A stretch of 30,654 nucleotides of DNA from positions 1-30,654 of the forward strand of contig JBBSNJ010000001.1 in NCBI GenBank assembly GCA_038232775.1, given 5' to 3'. Below the pieces are notes generated by a model, which worked only from the letters and a program-made list of their open reading frames with translations, ran no database searches and was not told the DNA's origin. The translations under genes and the position numbers were made by a program. Of this stretch, positions 14,488 through 24,607 are shown one piece after another; position 1 is the stretch's first letter; each line of letters opens with the position of its first letter. This DNA comes from Thermomicrobiales bacterium. Its GTDB lineage: Bacteria > Chloroflexota > Chloroflexia > Thermomicrobiales > UBA6265.

Positions 14488-14961
14488 TCACGATGAGCGC
14501 GCGGTCTTGCCGGATCTCGCCGCCGAGCCGGTGGCCGGCACCGCTTTCCCCTTGGGTTGGAGGTAGCGTCGCTTGACCCGCTCCTGGTCGAAGGCGCGGA
14601 GCTGGACCGGGAGGACCCGACGCCAGTAGTAGACGAAATAGATCGCCAATGCCAGCGCCGCCAAGAGGCAGAGCCAGAGCCAGATCGGTTCCCCGAAGCC
14701 GAACGGATTAATCCCCAGGGCACGGATGCCGAAGAAGAAGAGCCCGGCCCCGAAGACCCAGAGCGCCATCCCGGCGTCCCGTCGCACCATCCGCCGCACG
14801 ATCGGGTGGGAGGCGACTCGGCCGACCGCTTGCCCGGAAAGGACCGCGGCGAACACGAAGCCGACGCCGAAGAGCACCAGGAAGAGGAGGGCCGGGAGGC
14901 TGAAGACTTCCTCGGTCGCCGGCGGCGTCGTCAGACTCTGCCACGAGAACGGGTTCCCCAC
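14488..14961 (-). CDS. Hypothetical membrane protein (about 3 TM helices) downstream of sdhB
   Basis: GGGGAGG SD then GTG; three hydrophobic segments; basic C-terminal tail; 60 nt from the sdhB stop. Confidence 0.75.
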   Translation of the reverse strand: MGNPFSWQSLTTPPATEEVFSLPALLFLVLFGVGFVFAAVLSGQAVGRVASHPIVRRMVRRDAGMALWVFGAGLFFFGIRALGINPFGFGEPIWLWLCLLAALALAIYFVYYWRRVLPVQLRAFDQERVKRRYLQPKGKAVPATGSAARSGKTARSS

Positions 14962-15021
14962 CGAGCTCCTCCCCCGCCCCGGAACGAGCGGTCGCGAGAC
15001 CGCGCCGGCCCGCCCCGGCCG

Positions 15022-15720
<699 letters not shown>

Positions 15721-15747
15721 GCCGGGCTCCCTTCGGTCGCCTGTGTC

Positions 15748-15847
15748 CAGTTGCCGGTTGTCAGTTGCCAGTTGTTGATTGTCGGTAATCAGGAGGATCG
15801 GAGGACCACTGACCTCCGATTCTCCACTGACTACTGACAACTGGCAA
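15748..15847. repeat. Heptamer-built long hairpin in the sdhA-sdhB spacer
   Basis: Units CAGTTGC/CGGTTGT/CAGTTGC/CAGTTGT/TGATTGT; inner 13-bp stem 15792-15804/15813-15825 (12/13); outer arms 15765-15775/15837-15847 (11/11). Confidence 0.75.
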
Positions 15848-15852
15848 TTCCG

Positions 15853-17583
15853 TCAGTACTTCCGCTCTTTCGGCTCGAACTCGGTGATGACGACGGGCTT
15901 CTTCCGCAGCTCTAGACCGCCGGAGGTGCGGGCGATCAGGGTGTGGGCCAGCCAGTGGACATCGTCGCGCTTCTGGAAGTCGTCGCGGTAGTGCGCGCCC
16001 CGGCTCTCTTGGCGGGCCAACGCGCCCTCGACGATCGCCTCGGCGCAGTCGAGCATGCAGCCGAGCTCGTGCGCCTCGAGCAGGTCGGTGTTGAAACGGG
16101 TGCCGTGGTCGTCGATCGCGACCTGGCGGTAAGCCGAGCGCAGCCGCCCGATCTCTGTTTTGGCCGCGGTCATCCCCGCCTCGTCGCGGACGACCGAGAC
16201 CTTGTCCATCATCACCTCTTGCATCGCCGCCCGGAGCTCGGCCGGCGCTTCCCCCTTGTCCCGCGAGGTCAGATCGGCGACCGTCGCCCGCGCCGTGAAG
16301 TCGGGGTCGGGCGGCAGCGGCGGTAGGTCGCTCTCGTGGACGAAGCCGAGCATGTGCCGCCCCGCCCGCCGGCCAAAGACGACCAAGTCGACCAGTGAGT
16401 TCGTCCCCAGCCGGTTCGCTCCGTGGACCGAGACGCAGGCGGCCTCCCCGGCCGAGTAGAAGCCGGGGATCGCCGTTGCCTGCTCGTCCCGGATCACCCG
16501 CCCTTCGACATCGGTCGGCAGCCCGCCCATCGCGTAGTGGGCGGTCGGCTGAATCGGTATCGGCTCCGTCTTCGGCTCGACCCCGAGGTAGGTGCGGGCA
16601 AAGTCGGTGATGTCGGGCAGCTTGGCATCGATCTGCTCGGGGGGCAGGTGGGTGAGGTCAAGGAAGACATAATCCTGACCGTTGACCCCCCGCCCGGCTT
16701 TGACCTCCTCGTAGATGAAGCGGGAGACCATGTCCCGTGGCGCCAAGTCCTTGAGTGTCGGCGCGTAGCGGGCGGCGAACGCTTCGCCCTCGCCGTTGCG
16801 GAGGATGCCGCCCTCGCCCCGCGCCGCCTCCGAGAGCAGGATGCCGAGCTTATAGATCCCGGTCGGGTGGAACTGATAGAACTCCATGTCCATCAGCGGC
16901 ACGCCGCGGCGGTAGGCGAGGGCGAGGCCATCGCCGGTCCCGGCCATCGCGTTCGACGTGATCTTGAAGACCCGACCGAAACCGCCGGTCGCGATCAGCA
17001 CCGCCTTGGCGTGGATCGTGTGGATCTCGCCCGTCCGAATCTCCATCGTCACGCAGCCGCAGCAGCGGCCGTCCTCGGAGAAGAGGATGTCGAGCAGGTG
17101 GTGCTCGTCGAAGAAGTTGACCTGGTGTTTGATCCCCTGCTGGTAGAGGGTCTGGATAATCATGTGGCCGGTGCGGTCGGCCGCGAAGCAGGCCCGCCGC
17201 ACCGGTGCCTCACCGTAGTTGCGGGTGTGGCCACCGAAGCGGCGCTGGTCAATCAGCCCCTCCGGGGTCCGGTTGAAGGGGAGCCCCATGTGCTCCAGCT
17301 CCAGGACGGCGTCGATCGCCTCCCGCGAGAGGACCTCGGCCGCGTCCTGGTCGACCAGGTAGTCGCCCCCCTTGACGGTGTCGAACATGTGCCACCGCCA
17401 ATGGTCCTCTTCGGTGTTCCCGAGGGCGGCGCTGATCCCGCCCTGGGCGGCTCCGGTGTGGGAGCGAGGGGGGTAGAGCTTGCTGACGACGGCGACGTTC
17501 GCCTTGCCGGCCATCTGGATGGCCGCCATCAGGCCGGCGCCGCCGGCACCGACGATGACCGCGTCGTAGCGGTGATAGGCCAT
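15853..17583 (-). CDS. sdhA: Succinate dehydrogenase/fumarate reductase flavoprotein subunit
   Basis: GAGGAG FAD motif, [10 protein letters not shown] covalent-FAD His motif, QFHPT, HYAMGG, GANRLG; 576 aa. Confidence 0.96.
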   Translation of the reverse strand: MAYHRYDAVIVGAGGAGLMAAIQMAGKANVAVVSKLYPPRSHTGAAQGGISAALGNTEEDHWRWHMFDTVKGGDYLVDQDAAEVLSREAIDAVLELEHMGLPFNRTPEGLIDQRRFGGHTRNYGEAPVRRACFAADRTGHMIIQTLYQQGIKHQVNFFDEHHLLDILFSEDGRCCGCVTMEIRTGEIHTIHAKAVLIATGGFGRVFKITSNAMAGTGDGLALAYRRGVPLMDMEFYQFHPTGIYKLGILLSEAARGEGGILRNGEGEAFAARYAPTLKDLAPRDMVSRFIYEEVKAGRGVNGQDYVFLDLTHLPPEQIDAKLPDITDFARTYLGVEPKTEPIPIQPTAHYAMGGLPTDVEGRVIRDEQATAIPGFYSAGEAACVSVHGANRLGTNSLVDLVVFGRRAGRHMLGFVHESDLPPLPPDPDFTARATVADLTSRDKGEAPAELRAAMQEVMMDKVSVVRDEAGMTAAKTEIGRLRSAYRQVAIDDHGTRFNTDLLEAHELGCMLDCAEAIVEGALARQESRGAHYRDDFQKRDDVHWLAHTLIARTSGGLELRKKPVVITEFEPKERKY

Positions 17584-17697
17584 TGGGCGACCTCCAACGA
17601 ATGGCCGAGGCGGGAGCGCGACCCCCCCGACGATGGACGACGAGAGATGTGCTAGGAGCGTCCACTCACCGCCGCGGGGCCGTGATTCACCTCGGCA

Positions 17698-17725
17698 AAC
17701 CTAGCCCTCGGGGAGGGGACTGTCA
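17698..17725 (-). promoter_or_regulatory. Candidate sdhA promoter
   Basis: Minus strand TTGACA-N16-TAGGTT, about 115 nt upstream of the ATG. Confidence 0.45.
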
Positions 17726-17784
17726 AGCGCGCCGCGCTGCCCCGGCCAGACCTCCCGTACCGTCGAATCTTCTCGCCGCGGCCG

Positions 17785-17790
17785 TATAAT
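17785..17790 (+). promoter_or_regulatory. Consensus -10 (TATAAT) upstream of CoA-transferase 1
   Basis: Perfect hexamer in a very GC-rich context, about 50 nt before the start; no clear -35. Confidence 0.45.
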
Positions 17791-17841
17791 GACACCTTCC
17801 GAGTGCTCGGGGATGGGCGGAAGCGACAGGAGGATCGGGTG

Positions 17842-19056
17842 ATGGTCGATGAGCCCCGACTCGAACAGATGCCGCTCGCCGGGGTCCGCGTGCTCGATCT
17901 CGGGCGACACCTCGCCGGTCCCACCTGCGCCATGCTCTTGGGCGATCTCGGTGCCGACGTGATCAAGATCGAGAAACCGGGGGCGGGGGAGGACGGTCGG
18001 TCGTCCGGCCCCCCCTTCTTCGACGGCGTCAGCGCCTTCTTCCTCTCGGCGAACCGCAACAAGCGCTCGATCACGCTCGACATCAAGCAGGCGGCAGGGC
18101 AGGATCTGTTCCGCCGCCTGGCGGACGGCGCCGACGCGGTGGTCGAGAACTTCCGGCCGGGGGTGATGGACGCGCTCGGCATCGGTTACGAGGTGATGCG
18201 GCAGCGCAACCCGCGGATCATCTACTGCTCCATCTCCGGTTTCGGCGTCGATGGACCGTTCGCCGACCGGCCGGGGCTCGACCAGATCATCCAGGGCTTC
18301 TCCGGGCTGATGAGCGTCACCGGCTTCGAGGGGGGCGACCCGGTCCGCGTCGGCATCCCGATCGCCGATCTCCTGACGGGGCTCTACGGCGCCTACGGCG
18401 TCCTCGCCGCCCTCCAGGCGCGAGAACGGACCGGTCGCGGGCAGGTGGTTAACACCTCCCTCCTGGAGAGCATGGTCGGGACGCTCGGATTCCAGGCCGT
18501 GCGCTACCTGAACGGCGCCGGCGCTCCGCCGCCCGCCGGCAATCATCACCCGATCAACGCCCCCTACGGCGTCTTCAAGGCCCGCGACGGCTACATCACC
18601 CTCGGCGCCACGGGGGACAAGCGCTGGACCAAATTCTGCCACCTGATGCAGGCGCCAGAATGGCTCGACGATCCTCGCTTCGACTCCAACGGCGGACGCT
18701 ACGAGAATCGCCTGCTCCTGGCCGACCTAATCAACGAGAAGCTTCAGCAGCACACCGTCGACGAATGGGAAGCGATCTTCAATCGGGAGGGGATTCCGGC
18801 CGGTCCCGTCTACGGCATCGACCAGACCATGGACCATCCCCAAGTCCGCCATCGGGAGCTGGTCGTCGAGCGGGACCATCCCGAGATGGGGACGGTCCGT
18901 CTCCTCGGCCTGCCGGTGAAGCTGAGCGACACCCCCGGCGGCGTCCACCGCATCCCGCCCGCGCTCGGCGAGGACACCGAGGCGGTGCTCCAGGAGCTGG
19001 GTCTGACCGCCGAAGAGGTGAGCCATCTCCGCGACGAGCAGGTGGTCGGCGCCTAG
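17842..19056 (+). CDS. Class III CoA-transferase (CaiB/BaiF family), copy 1
   Basis: LAGVRVLDLG..AGP, NRNKRS, ENFRPG, YCSISGFG and catalytic Asp in PIADLLTG; AGGAGG SD (start GTG 17839 or ATG 17842). Confidence 0.93.
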   Translation: MVDEPRLEQMPLAGVRVLDLGRHLAGPTCAMLLGDLGADVIKIEKPGAGEDGRSSGPPFFDGVSAFFLSANRNKRSITLDIKQAAGQDLFRRLADGADAVVENFRPGVMDALGIGYEVMRQRNPRIIYCSISGFGVDGPFADRPGLDQIIQGFSGLMSVTGFEGGDPVRVGIPIADLLTGLYGAYGVLAALQARERTGRGQVVNTSLLESMVGTLGFQAVRYLNGAGAPPPAGNHHPINAPYGVFKARDGYITLGATGDKRWTKFCHLMQAPEWLDDPRFDSNGGRYENRLLLADLINEKLQQHTVDEWEAIFNREGIPAGPVYGIDQTMDHPQVRHRELVVERDHPEMGTVRLLGLPVKLSDTPGGVHRIPPALGEDTEAVLQELGLTAEEVSHLRDEQVVGA

Positions 19057-19148
19057 CCCACTGCCCGGAAGCAACAACGTCCGTCGCTGGGCGCCAACGT
19101 CTCAGGCGGACACCGTTTGAACCGTTTTGGTTATCGGAAGCGGGAACG

Positions 19149-19198
19149 GCTCCCCTCTCCCGCGCCCGGGACAGGGTGAAGCGGCCGGGGGTGAGGGC
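19149..19198. repeat. CCCTCTCCC/GGGAGAGGG-family palindrome between convergent genes
   Basis: GCTCCCCTCTCCCGC...GGGACAGGG...GGGGGTGAGGGC, co-linear with 1866-1912. Confidence 0.6.
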
Positions 19199-19237
19199 AT
19201 TTGTCCGGGAAGCGGCAGCCATTTCCCGGATTGCGTA

Positions 19238-19759
19238 TCAGGCGTCTCCCAGCTCGGCTTGGTAGCGCTCGGCCCGCTCTCGGTAGTGGGCGACGCCGGC
19301 GGCGATCTTCCCGACCTCAGCCTCGGTCACCGAGCGGACGAGCTTGGCCGGCACTCCCATGATCATCGATCGCGCCGGGAACTCCTTGCCCTCGGCGACG
19401 AGGGCGCCGGCGGCGACGATGCTGCCGCTCCCGATCCGCGCCCCGTTGAGGATGATCGCGCCCATCCCGATCAAGCAAGCGTCCTCGATCCGGCAGCCGT
19501 GGAGGATCGCGCCGTGGCCGATCACGACCCGCGCCCCGATGGAGCAGGGATAGCCGGGGTCGGCGTGGAGGACCGCGCCGTCCTGAACGTTCGACTCGGC
19601 GCCGACCGTGATCGGGTCGGTGTCGCCGCGGAGGACGGCGTTGAACCAGACGCTGGCCGCGGCGCCGAGGGTGACGTCGCCGATCACCTGGGCGCCGGCG
19701 GCCACGAAGGCGCCGGCATCCACTTGAGGATGACGCTCACCGAGCGATCGGACGGGCAT
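19238..19759 (-). CDS. Gamma-carbonic anhydrase-like protein (left-handed beta-helix, YrdA/CaiE/PaaY-like)
   Basis: Hexapeptide repeats, VLRGD, NVQD and three His ligands (LHAD, GHG, LHG). Confidence 0.92.
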   Translation of the reverse strand: MPVRSLGERHPQVDAGAFVAAGAQVIGDVTLGAAASVWFNAVLRGDTDPITVGAESNVQDGAVLHADPGYPCSIGARVVIGHGAILHGCRIEDACLIGMGAIILNGARIGSGSIVAAGALVAEGKEFPARSMIMGVPAKLVRSVTEAEVGKIAAGVAHYRERAERYQAELGDA

Positions 19760-19910
19760 CGTAGCATCCTCCTCACCGGCCTCGTTGATTCCCCGCTCTG
19801 GGCGCCGGCGCGGAACCGGCCGCTGGCCCTCGGGGGCGCTTGGGGAGCGCTGCTCGTCCGCGACGGCCAGAACTCGTCAAGACCGGAGGCTTCTCGAACT
19901 CTCGCCGCAT

Positions 19911-19939
19911 TTGACGCCTCGAGGGCAAGAATCTATCGT
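19911..19939 (+). promoter_or_regulatory. Candidate promoter of CoA-transferase 2/crotonase
   Basis: TTGACG-N17-TATCGT. Confidence 0.5.
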
Positions 19940-20061
19940 ATCCGACCTCTCGGCGCCTGTCCTTCTGGGAGACAGCGCTTCTCGTCGATCCGTTTGGTAG
20001 GGTGGCGCCGCAACCCGTTACGCTGACCGCCCCGGTGAGGAGCGGACAGGGGGGCACCCCG

Positions 20062-21249
20062 GTGAGTGCTGCACTCGAAGGCATCCGCATCCTCGACCTC
20101 TCCCGGATCCTGAGCGGCCCGTACTGCACGATGGTCCTCTCCGACTTCGGGGCCGAGGTGATCAAGGTCGAGCGTCCCGGCGCCGGCGACGACACCAGGC
20201 AGTGGGGGCCGCCGTTCGTCGCCGGCGAGAGCGCGTACTACCTCAGCGTCAATCGGAACAAGAAGAGCATTACGGTCGACCTCGGCACCGCCGAAGGGCG
20301 CGAGATCGTCCACGCCTTGGCGCGCACCGCCGACGTCGTGATCGAGAACTTCCGGCCGGGAACGGCGGACAGGATGGGGATCGGTTACGAACGGCTGCGG
20401 CAAGAACGGGCCGATCTCGTCTACTGCTCGATCTCGGGCTTCGGCCAGGACGGGCCCCATCGGGACCGTCCCGGCTACGACGCGCTCGCCCAGGCGATGA
20501 GCGGGATGATGGCGCTGACCGGCGATCCGGAGGGCGCACCGACCAAGCACGGGATGTCGATCGCCGACATCGGCGCCGGGCTGTGGGCCGCCTTCGCGAT
20601 TTCGACCGCGTTGCTGGTCCGGGAGCGGACCGGGGAGGGCCAGCACCTGGACATCTCTCTGCTCGATGTCCAGCTCTCGTGGCTGACCTACGCGGCCGGC
20701 AACTACTTCGCGACCGGCGAGAATCCGGCTCGCTATGGCTCCGCCCATCCCAGCATCGTGCCTTACCAGCCGTTCGCGACGGCCGACGGCTACCTGATGC
20801 TCGCCGTCGGCAACGACCGGATGTGGCAGCGCTTCTGCGAAGTCGCGGGGCAGCCCGATCTCGCTGAACGGCCCGGTTTCGCGACCAGCGCCGAGCGGGT
20901 CGTCAATCGCGAGCAGGTCGTCGCCGCCGTCGCCGCGATCATGGCCGAGCGGGCCACCGACGAATGGTTGGTGGCACTCGAGGCCGCCGGCATCCCGGCT
21001 GGTCCCATCAACTCCGTGGCGCAGGCCCTCGCCGATCAGCACGTGGCCGCCAGGGAGATGGTGGTCACGCTCGATCATCCGACCGCCGGCCCGATCAAGG
21101 CCATCGGCGTCCCCGCCAAATTCTCGGCGACGCCGGGAGCGGTGCAGGGGCCGCCGCCGCTCCTAGGCGAGCATACTGGCGCCATCCTCCGCTCGCTCGG
21201 CTATAGCGACGACGCGATCGCCGATCTCGCCGCCCGGCAGATCGTGTAG
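20062..21249 (+). CDS. Class III CoA-transferase (CaiB/BaiF family), copy 2
   Basis: LEGIRILDLSRILSGP, NRNKKS, ENFRPG, catalytic Asp in SIADIGAG; likely GTG start at 20062. Confidence 0.93.
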   Translation: MSAALEGIRILDLSRILSGPYCTMVLSDFGAEVIKVERPGAGDDTRQWGPPFVAGESAYYLSVNRNKKSITVDLGTAEGREIVHALARTADVVIENFRPGTADRMGIGYERLRQERADLVYCSISGFGQDGPHRDRPGYDALAQAMSGMMALTGDPEGAPTKHGMSIADIGAGLWAAFAISTALLVRERTGEGQHLDISLLDVQLSWLTYAAGNYFATGENPARYGSAHPSIVPYQPFATADGYLMLAVGNDRMWQRFCEVAGQPDLAERPGFATSAERVVNREQVVAAVAAIMAERATDEWLVALEAAGIPAGPINSVAQALADQHVAAREMVVTLDHPTAGPIKAIGVPAKFSATPGAVQGPPPLLGEHTGAILRSLGYSDDAIADLAARQIV

Positions 21250-21432
21250 TCTCGGCAGGGTGCCCGGCCGCACCATCGGCAGCGGCAGGAAGGGCTAGAC
21301 CGTGGCGCCGGTATCCGGCGGCGGCGTAGATTCCCTGGAACGCCGAGCCGGGACTGGGCGCGCAGCCGGTGGGGGCGGAGCCTCGGATCGCTCCGGGGCA
21401 CGAATCTTGGCCGGATCGGAGGAGGAGCGGAG

Positions 21433-22227
21433 ATGAGCGACGGTGGAGCCGAGGAGATCCTGTTCTCGGTCGAGGGTCGGATCGCGACCATCACCTTCAA
21501 CCGGCCCCAGTCGCGGAACGCGATGACCTGGAACATGTACGACCGCCTGGTCGGCTACTGCGACGACATCGACGCCGACGAGGAGATCCGGGTCGTCATC
21601 CTCAAGGGGGCCGGCGACCGGGCCTTCGTGGCGGGCACCGACATCGGGCAGTTCAAGGCGTTCACCGATCCCCAGGACGCGATCGACTACGAGCGACGGA
21701 CCGGGGAAGTGAGCGGCCGGCTGGAACGCGTCGGCAAGCCGACGATCGCCATGATCCACGGCTACTGCGTCGGCGGCGGCGCCGCGCTCGCCCTCGCCTG
21801 CGACTTCCGCTACGCGGCACCGACCCTGAAGTTCGGGATCCCCATCGCCCGCACCTTGGGCAACTGCCTCTCGCTCCGCGGCTACAGCCGGTTGGTCGAC
21901 TACGTTGGCCCCGCCAAGACCAAGGAGCTGATCATGCTCGCCCGGCTGGTCGAGGCCGAGGAGGCGCTGTCGCTCGGCCTCGTGACCGAGATCGTGCCGG
22001 ACGGGAAGTTGGAGGCCCGCGTGCGGGAGGTGGCCGAGCAGCTCACCCAGCTGGCGCCGTTGACCCTCCGCGCCACCAAGGAGAGCCTCCGCCGCATCCT
22101 CGCCGCGCGGGGGGGAGAGCACCTGGAAGGGGAGGACATCATCCTCTCGTGCTACATGAGTGACGATTTCCAGGGAGCGGTCCAGGCATTCCTTGAGAAG
22201 CGGCCGTACCAGTGGACCGGGAAGTAG
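21433..22227 (+). CDS. Crotonase/enoyl-CoA hydratase superfamily protein lacking the canonical glutamates
   Basis: FNRPQSRNAM, AFVAGTDI, GYCVGGG oxyanion motifs; GGGAALA and FGIPIARTLGN at the usual Glu positions; GGAGG SD. Confidence 0.88.
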   Translation: MSDGGAEEILFSVEGRIATITFNRPQSRNAMTWNMYDRLVGYCDDIDADEEIRVVILKGAGDRAFVAGTDIGQFKAFTDPQDAIDYERRTGEVSGRLERVGKPTIAMIHGYCVGGGAALALACDFRYAAPTLKFGIPIARTLGNCLSLRGYSRLVDYVGPAKTKELIMLARLVEAEEALSLGLVTEIVPDGKLEARVREVAEQLTQLAPLTLRATKESLRRILAARGGEHLEGEDIILSCYMSDDFQGAVQAFLEKRPYQWTGK

Positions 22228-22403
22228 CCGACACGGGTCGAAGCCGAGTCCCGGCGGTCGCCGCCTCTTCCGATCGCTCGGATCATCCGTCGACTCATCC
22301 TGACTCGAGCGTGTCAGTGGGTGATGCCGCACGGCGTCAACGCGGTCCAGGCTCGAAAGTGTCACGCAGAAGATGCGGCCCAAGGCAGGAGTGGTTCCTT
22401 GTG

Positions 22404-22483
22404 CCACTGTCGCCCTGCGGGCGAAGGGCGCAGCGAGCAGCGCCCCTACGGCTGGTCGCGGCTGGGCTTTGAGTGCAACCCGC
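22404..22483 (-). repeat. REP-like palindromic unit (GTAG class), copy 2
   Basis: Near-identical to 1712-1793; on the minus strand it begins 1 nt after the tctA stop codon. Confidence 0.75.
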
Positions 22484-22484
22484 A

Positions 22485-23996
22485 CTAGCCGGCTCCGACT
22501 CGCGACGCCCGCCGTCGCCGCGTGTACCCGACCAGCGGCCAGAGCAGCGTGGCGATCACGATCACCATCAGCACGCCCGCGATCGGGCGGGTGAAGAAGA
22601 TCGACCAATCGCCGCGCGAGAGCGTCAGCGATTGCCGCAGTGAGCGCTCGGCGAGCGGGCCGAGGACGAGTCCCAGGACTAGACCGGCGGCGGAGTAGTC
22701 CAACCGCTTCATGGCGAAGCCGAGCACTCCGAAGAGGGTCATGATCAGCACATCGACCGGGTTGTTGTCGAGCGAGTAAGCGCCGATCACGGCGAACAAC
22801 ACCACGAACGAGGCCTGGATGCCGTACGGCACGCGGAGCATGCTGGCGAAGAGCGGGATCGCGAAGATGTTGAGTACCACCAACATCAAATTGCCGATGT
22901 ACATGCTGGCGATCAGGCCCCAGGCGAACTCCGGATGCTCGGTGAACAACAGCGGCCCGGGCCGCAGTCCCCAGAGGAGGAAACCGCCGAGGAGCACCGC
23001 CGTCGTCCCCGAGCCGGGGATGCCGAGCGTCAGGAGCGGGATCATCGCCGCCGCCGAGGCGGAGTTGTTGGCCGCCTCCGGCGCCGCCACTCCCTCAATC
23101 GCTCCTTTGCCGAACTCCTCGGGATGGTGCGAGGCGCCGCGCTCGACGCTGTAGGCCATGAACGAGGCGAGCGTCGAACCGGCCCCCGGCAGGAGGCCGA
23201 CGAAGAAGCCGATTAGCGTCCCCCGCACGATCGCCCCCCGCGAGCGGAGCCATTCCACCGAGGAGGGCAGGGAGTTCCGCCAGCGAAGCGAGGTCTCGAT
23301 GATCGGCCGTCCGGCCGGGTCCAACATGCCGTCGAGGATCTCGCCGATCCCGAACAGCCCGATCGCGGCGACGAGAAAGCTGAAGCCATCGAGCAACCAG
23401 ACTTGATCGAACGTGAAGCGGGGACGACCAGACATAATGTCGAGCCCGACGGTCGAGAGGAGCAAACCGATCACGACCGACGTCAGGCCCTTGCTCAGTG
23501 AAGAGCCGGAGACCGCGCTCAACGACGTGAAGCCGAGCATGATCAGCGCGAAGTACTCGGGGGGGCCGAAGCGGAGGGCGAAAGTGGTCAGCAGGGGGCT
23601 CAGGAGCGTCACCATGATGACGCCGAAGGTGCCGGCGATGAATGAGCCGATTGCCGCGATCCCGAGCGCCTTCGCCGCCCGCCCCTGCCGCGCCATCTGG
23701 TAACCGTCGAGCGTGGTGACGACCGTCGCCGCCTCGCCCGGCATGTTGATCAGGACGGAGCTAATCGTGCCGCCGTACTGCGCGCCGTAGTAGATCCCGG
23801 CCAGCATGATGATCGCGCTCGTCGGATCCATGCCGAAGGTGAGCGGGAGGAGGAGCGAGACGCCGACGACGGTGCCGATTCCCGGCAGGGCGCCGATCAC
23901 TTGGCCGGCGGTGACGCCGATGAGCGCGAAGAGCAGATTCTGGGGGGTCAGCGCGACCTCGAAGCCACGGAACAGGCTCTCGAGCAGCTCGATCAC
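22485..23996 (-). CDS. tctA: Tripartite tricarboxylate transporter large membrane subunit
   Basis: GALPGIG, YYGAQYGG, PGEAATV, EAANNSA, LTLGIPGSGTTA; 503 aa polytopic protein. Confidence 0.95.
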   Translation of the reverse strand: MIELLESLFRGFEVALTPQNLLFALIGVTAGQVIGALPGIGTVVGVSLLLPLTFGMDPTSAIIMLAGIYYGAQYGGTISSVLINMPGEAATVVTTLDGYQMARQGRAAKALGIAAIGSFIAGTFGVIMVTLLSPLLTTFALRFGPPEYFALIMLGFTSLSAVSGSSLSKGLTSVVIGLLLSTVGLDIMSGRPRFTFDQVWLLDGFSFLVAAIGLFGIGEILDGMLDPAGRPIIETSLRWRNSLPSSVEWLRSRGAIVRGTLIGFFVGLLPGAGSTLASFMAYSVERGASHHPEEFGKGAIEGVAAPEAANNSASAAAMIPLLTLGIPGSGTTAVLLGGFLLWGLRPGPLLFTEHPEFAWGLIASMYIGNLMLVVLNIFAIPLFASMLRVPYGIQASFVVLFAVIGAYSLDNNPVDVLIMTLFGVLGFAMKRLDYSAAGLVLGLVLGPLAERSLRQSLTLSRGDWSIFFTRPIAGVLMVIVIATLLWPLVGYTRRRRASRVGAG

Positions 23997-24023
23997 GGCG
24001 AGGCAGCCCTCCGCTGGCGTCGG

Positions 24024-24521
24024 TCAGGAGCCGAAGGGGCCGAGCGGGAGCGGGACCAGCAGCAGCCGCACGAAGCCGACGTAGAGGGCGATCGGGGTCA
24101 GGATCGTGAAGAGGATCGTCGCCGGCCAAGCCCGGTCGCCAACCCAGCGGATGTTGACGAAGGTGAACGCGGCGGTCGACAGCCAGAGCCCCAGGGGCTC
24201 GAACAAAAAGGCGAGGGCGACGGTGCTCCCGAAGAAGATCAGCCAAGGACGCCAAATCTCGCGCCCCAATGGACTCGGCTGAGCGACCGCCACCGACGCC
24301 TCGTCCCCGATCACGGGGTCGGGTGTCTCTGGCGCGGCGCCGCTTCGCGCGTTGCGGACCAGGACGACGGAGAGCAGGAGCAGGGCGATCCCCAACCAGA
24401 GCGGGAGAAAACCGGCACCGGGGCCATACTCGGCCGAGTACGGTAACCGCCGCGCCTGATACATGGTGAACACCCCGAGTGCCGCGACGATCAACGCCGC
24501 CGCAGTGTCGGCCTTGCGCAC
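24024..24521 (-). CDS. tctB: Tripartite tricarboxylate transporter small membrane subunit
   Basis: GPGAGFLP and final LLVPLPLGPF; about 4 TM; GAAGGAG SD then GTG at 24521; lies between tctC and tctA. Confidence 0.85.
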   Translation of the reverse strand: MRKADTAAALIVAALGVFTMYQARRLPYSAEYGPGAGFLPLWLGIALLLLSVVLVRNARSGAAPETPDPVIGDEASVAVAQPSPLGREIWRPWLIFFGSTVALAFLFEPLGLWLSTAAFTFVNIRWVGDRAWPATILFTILTPIALYVGFVRLLLVPLPLGPFGS

Positions 24522-24607
24522 GGCGCTCCTTCCCCCCCGCGGCCTCCGGATCGCGCGGCAACCTGGCGGGGAACCTCCGCCGGCCGCCGCGGCCACGTGA
24601 GGCGCCG

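Noticed and set aside
14488-14961. Assignment as sdhC or sdhD
   Set aside because: No paired heme-ligating His in TM helices and no recognisable anchor motifs; kept as hypothetical.
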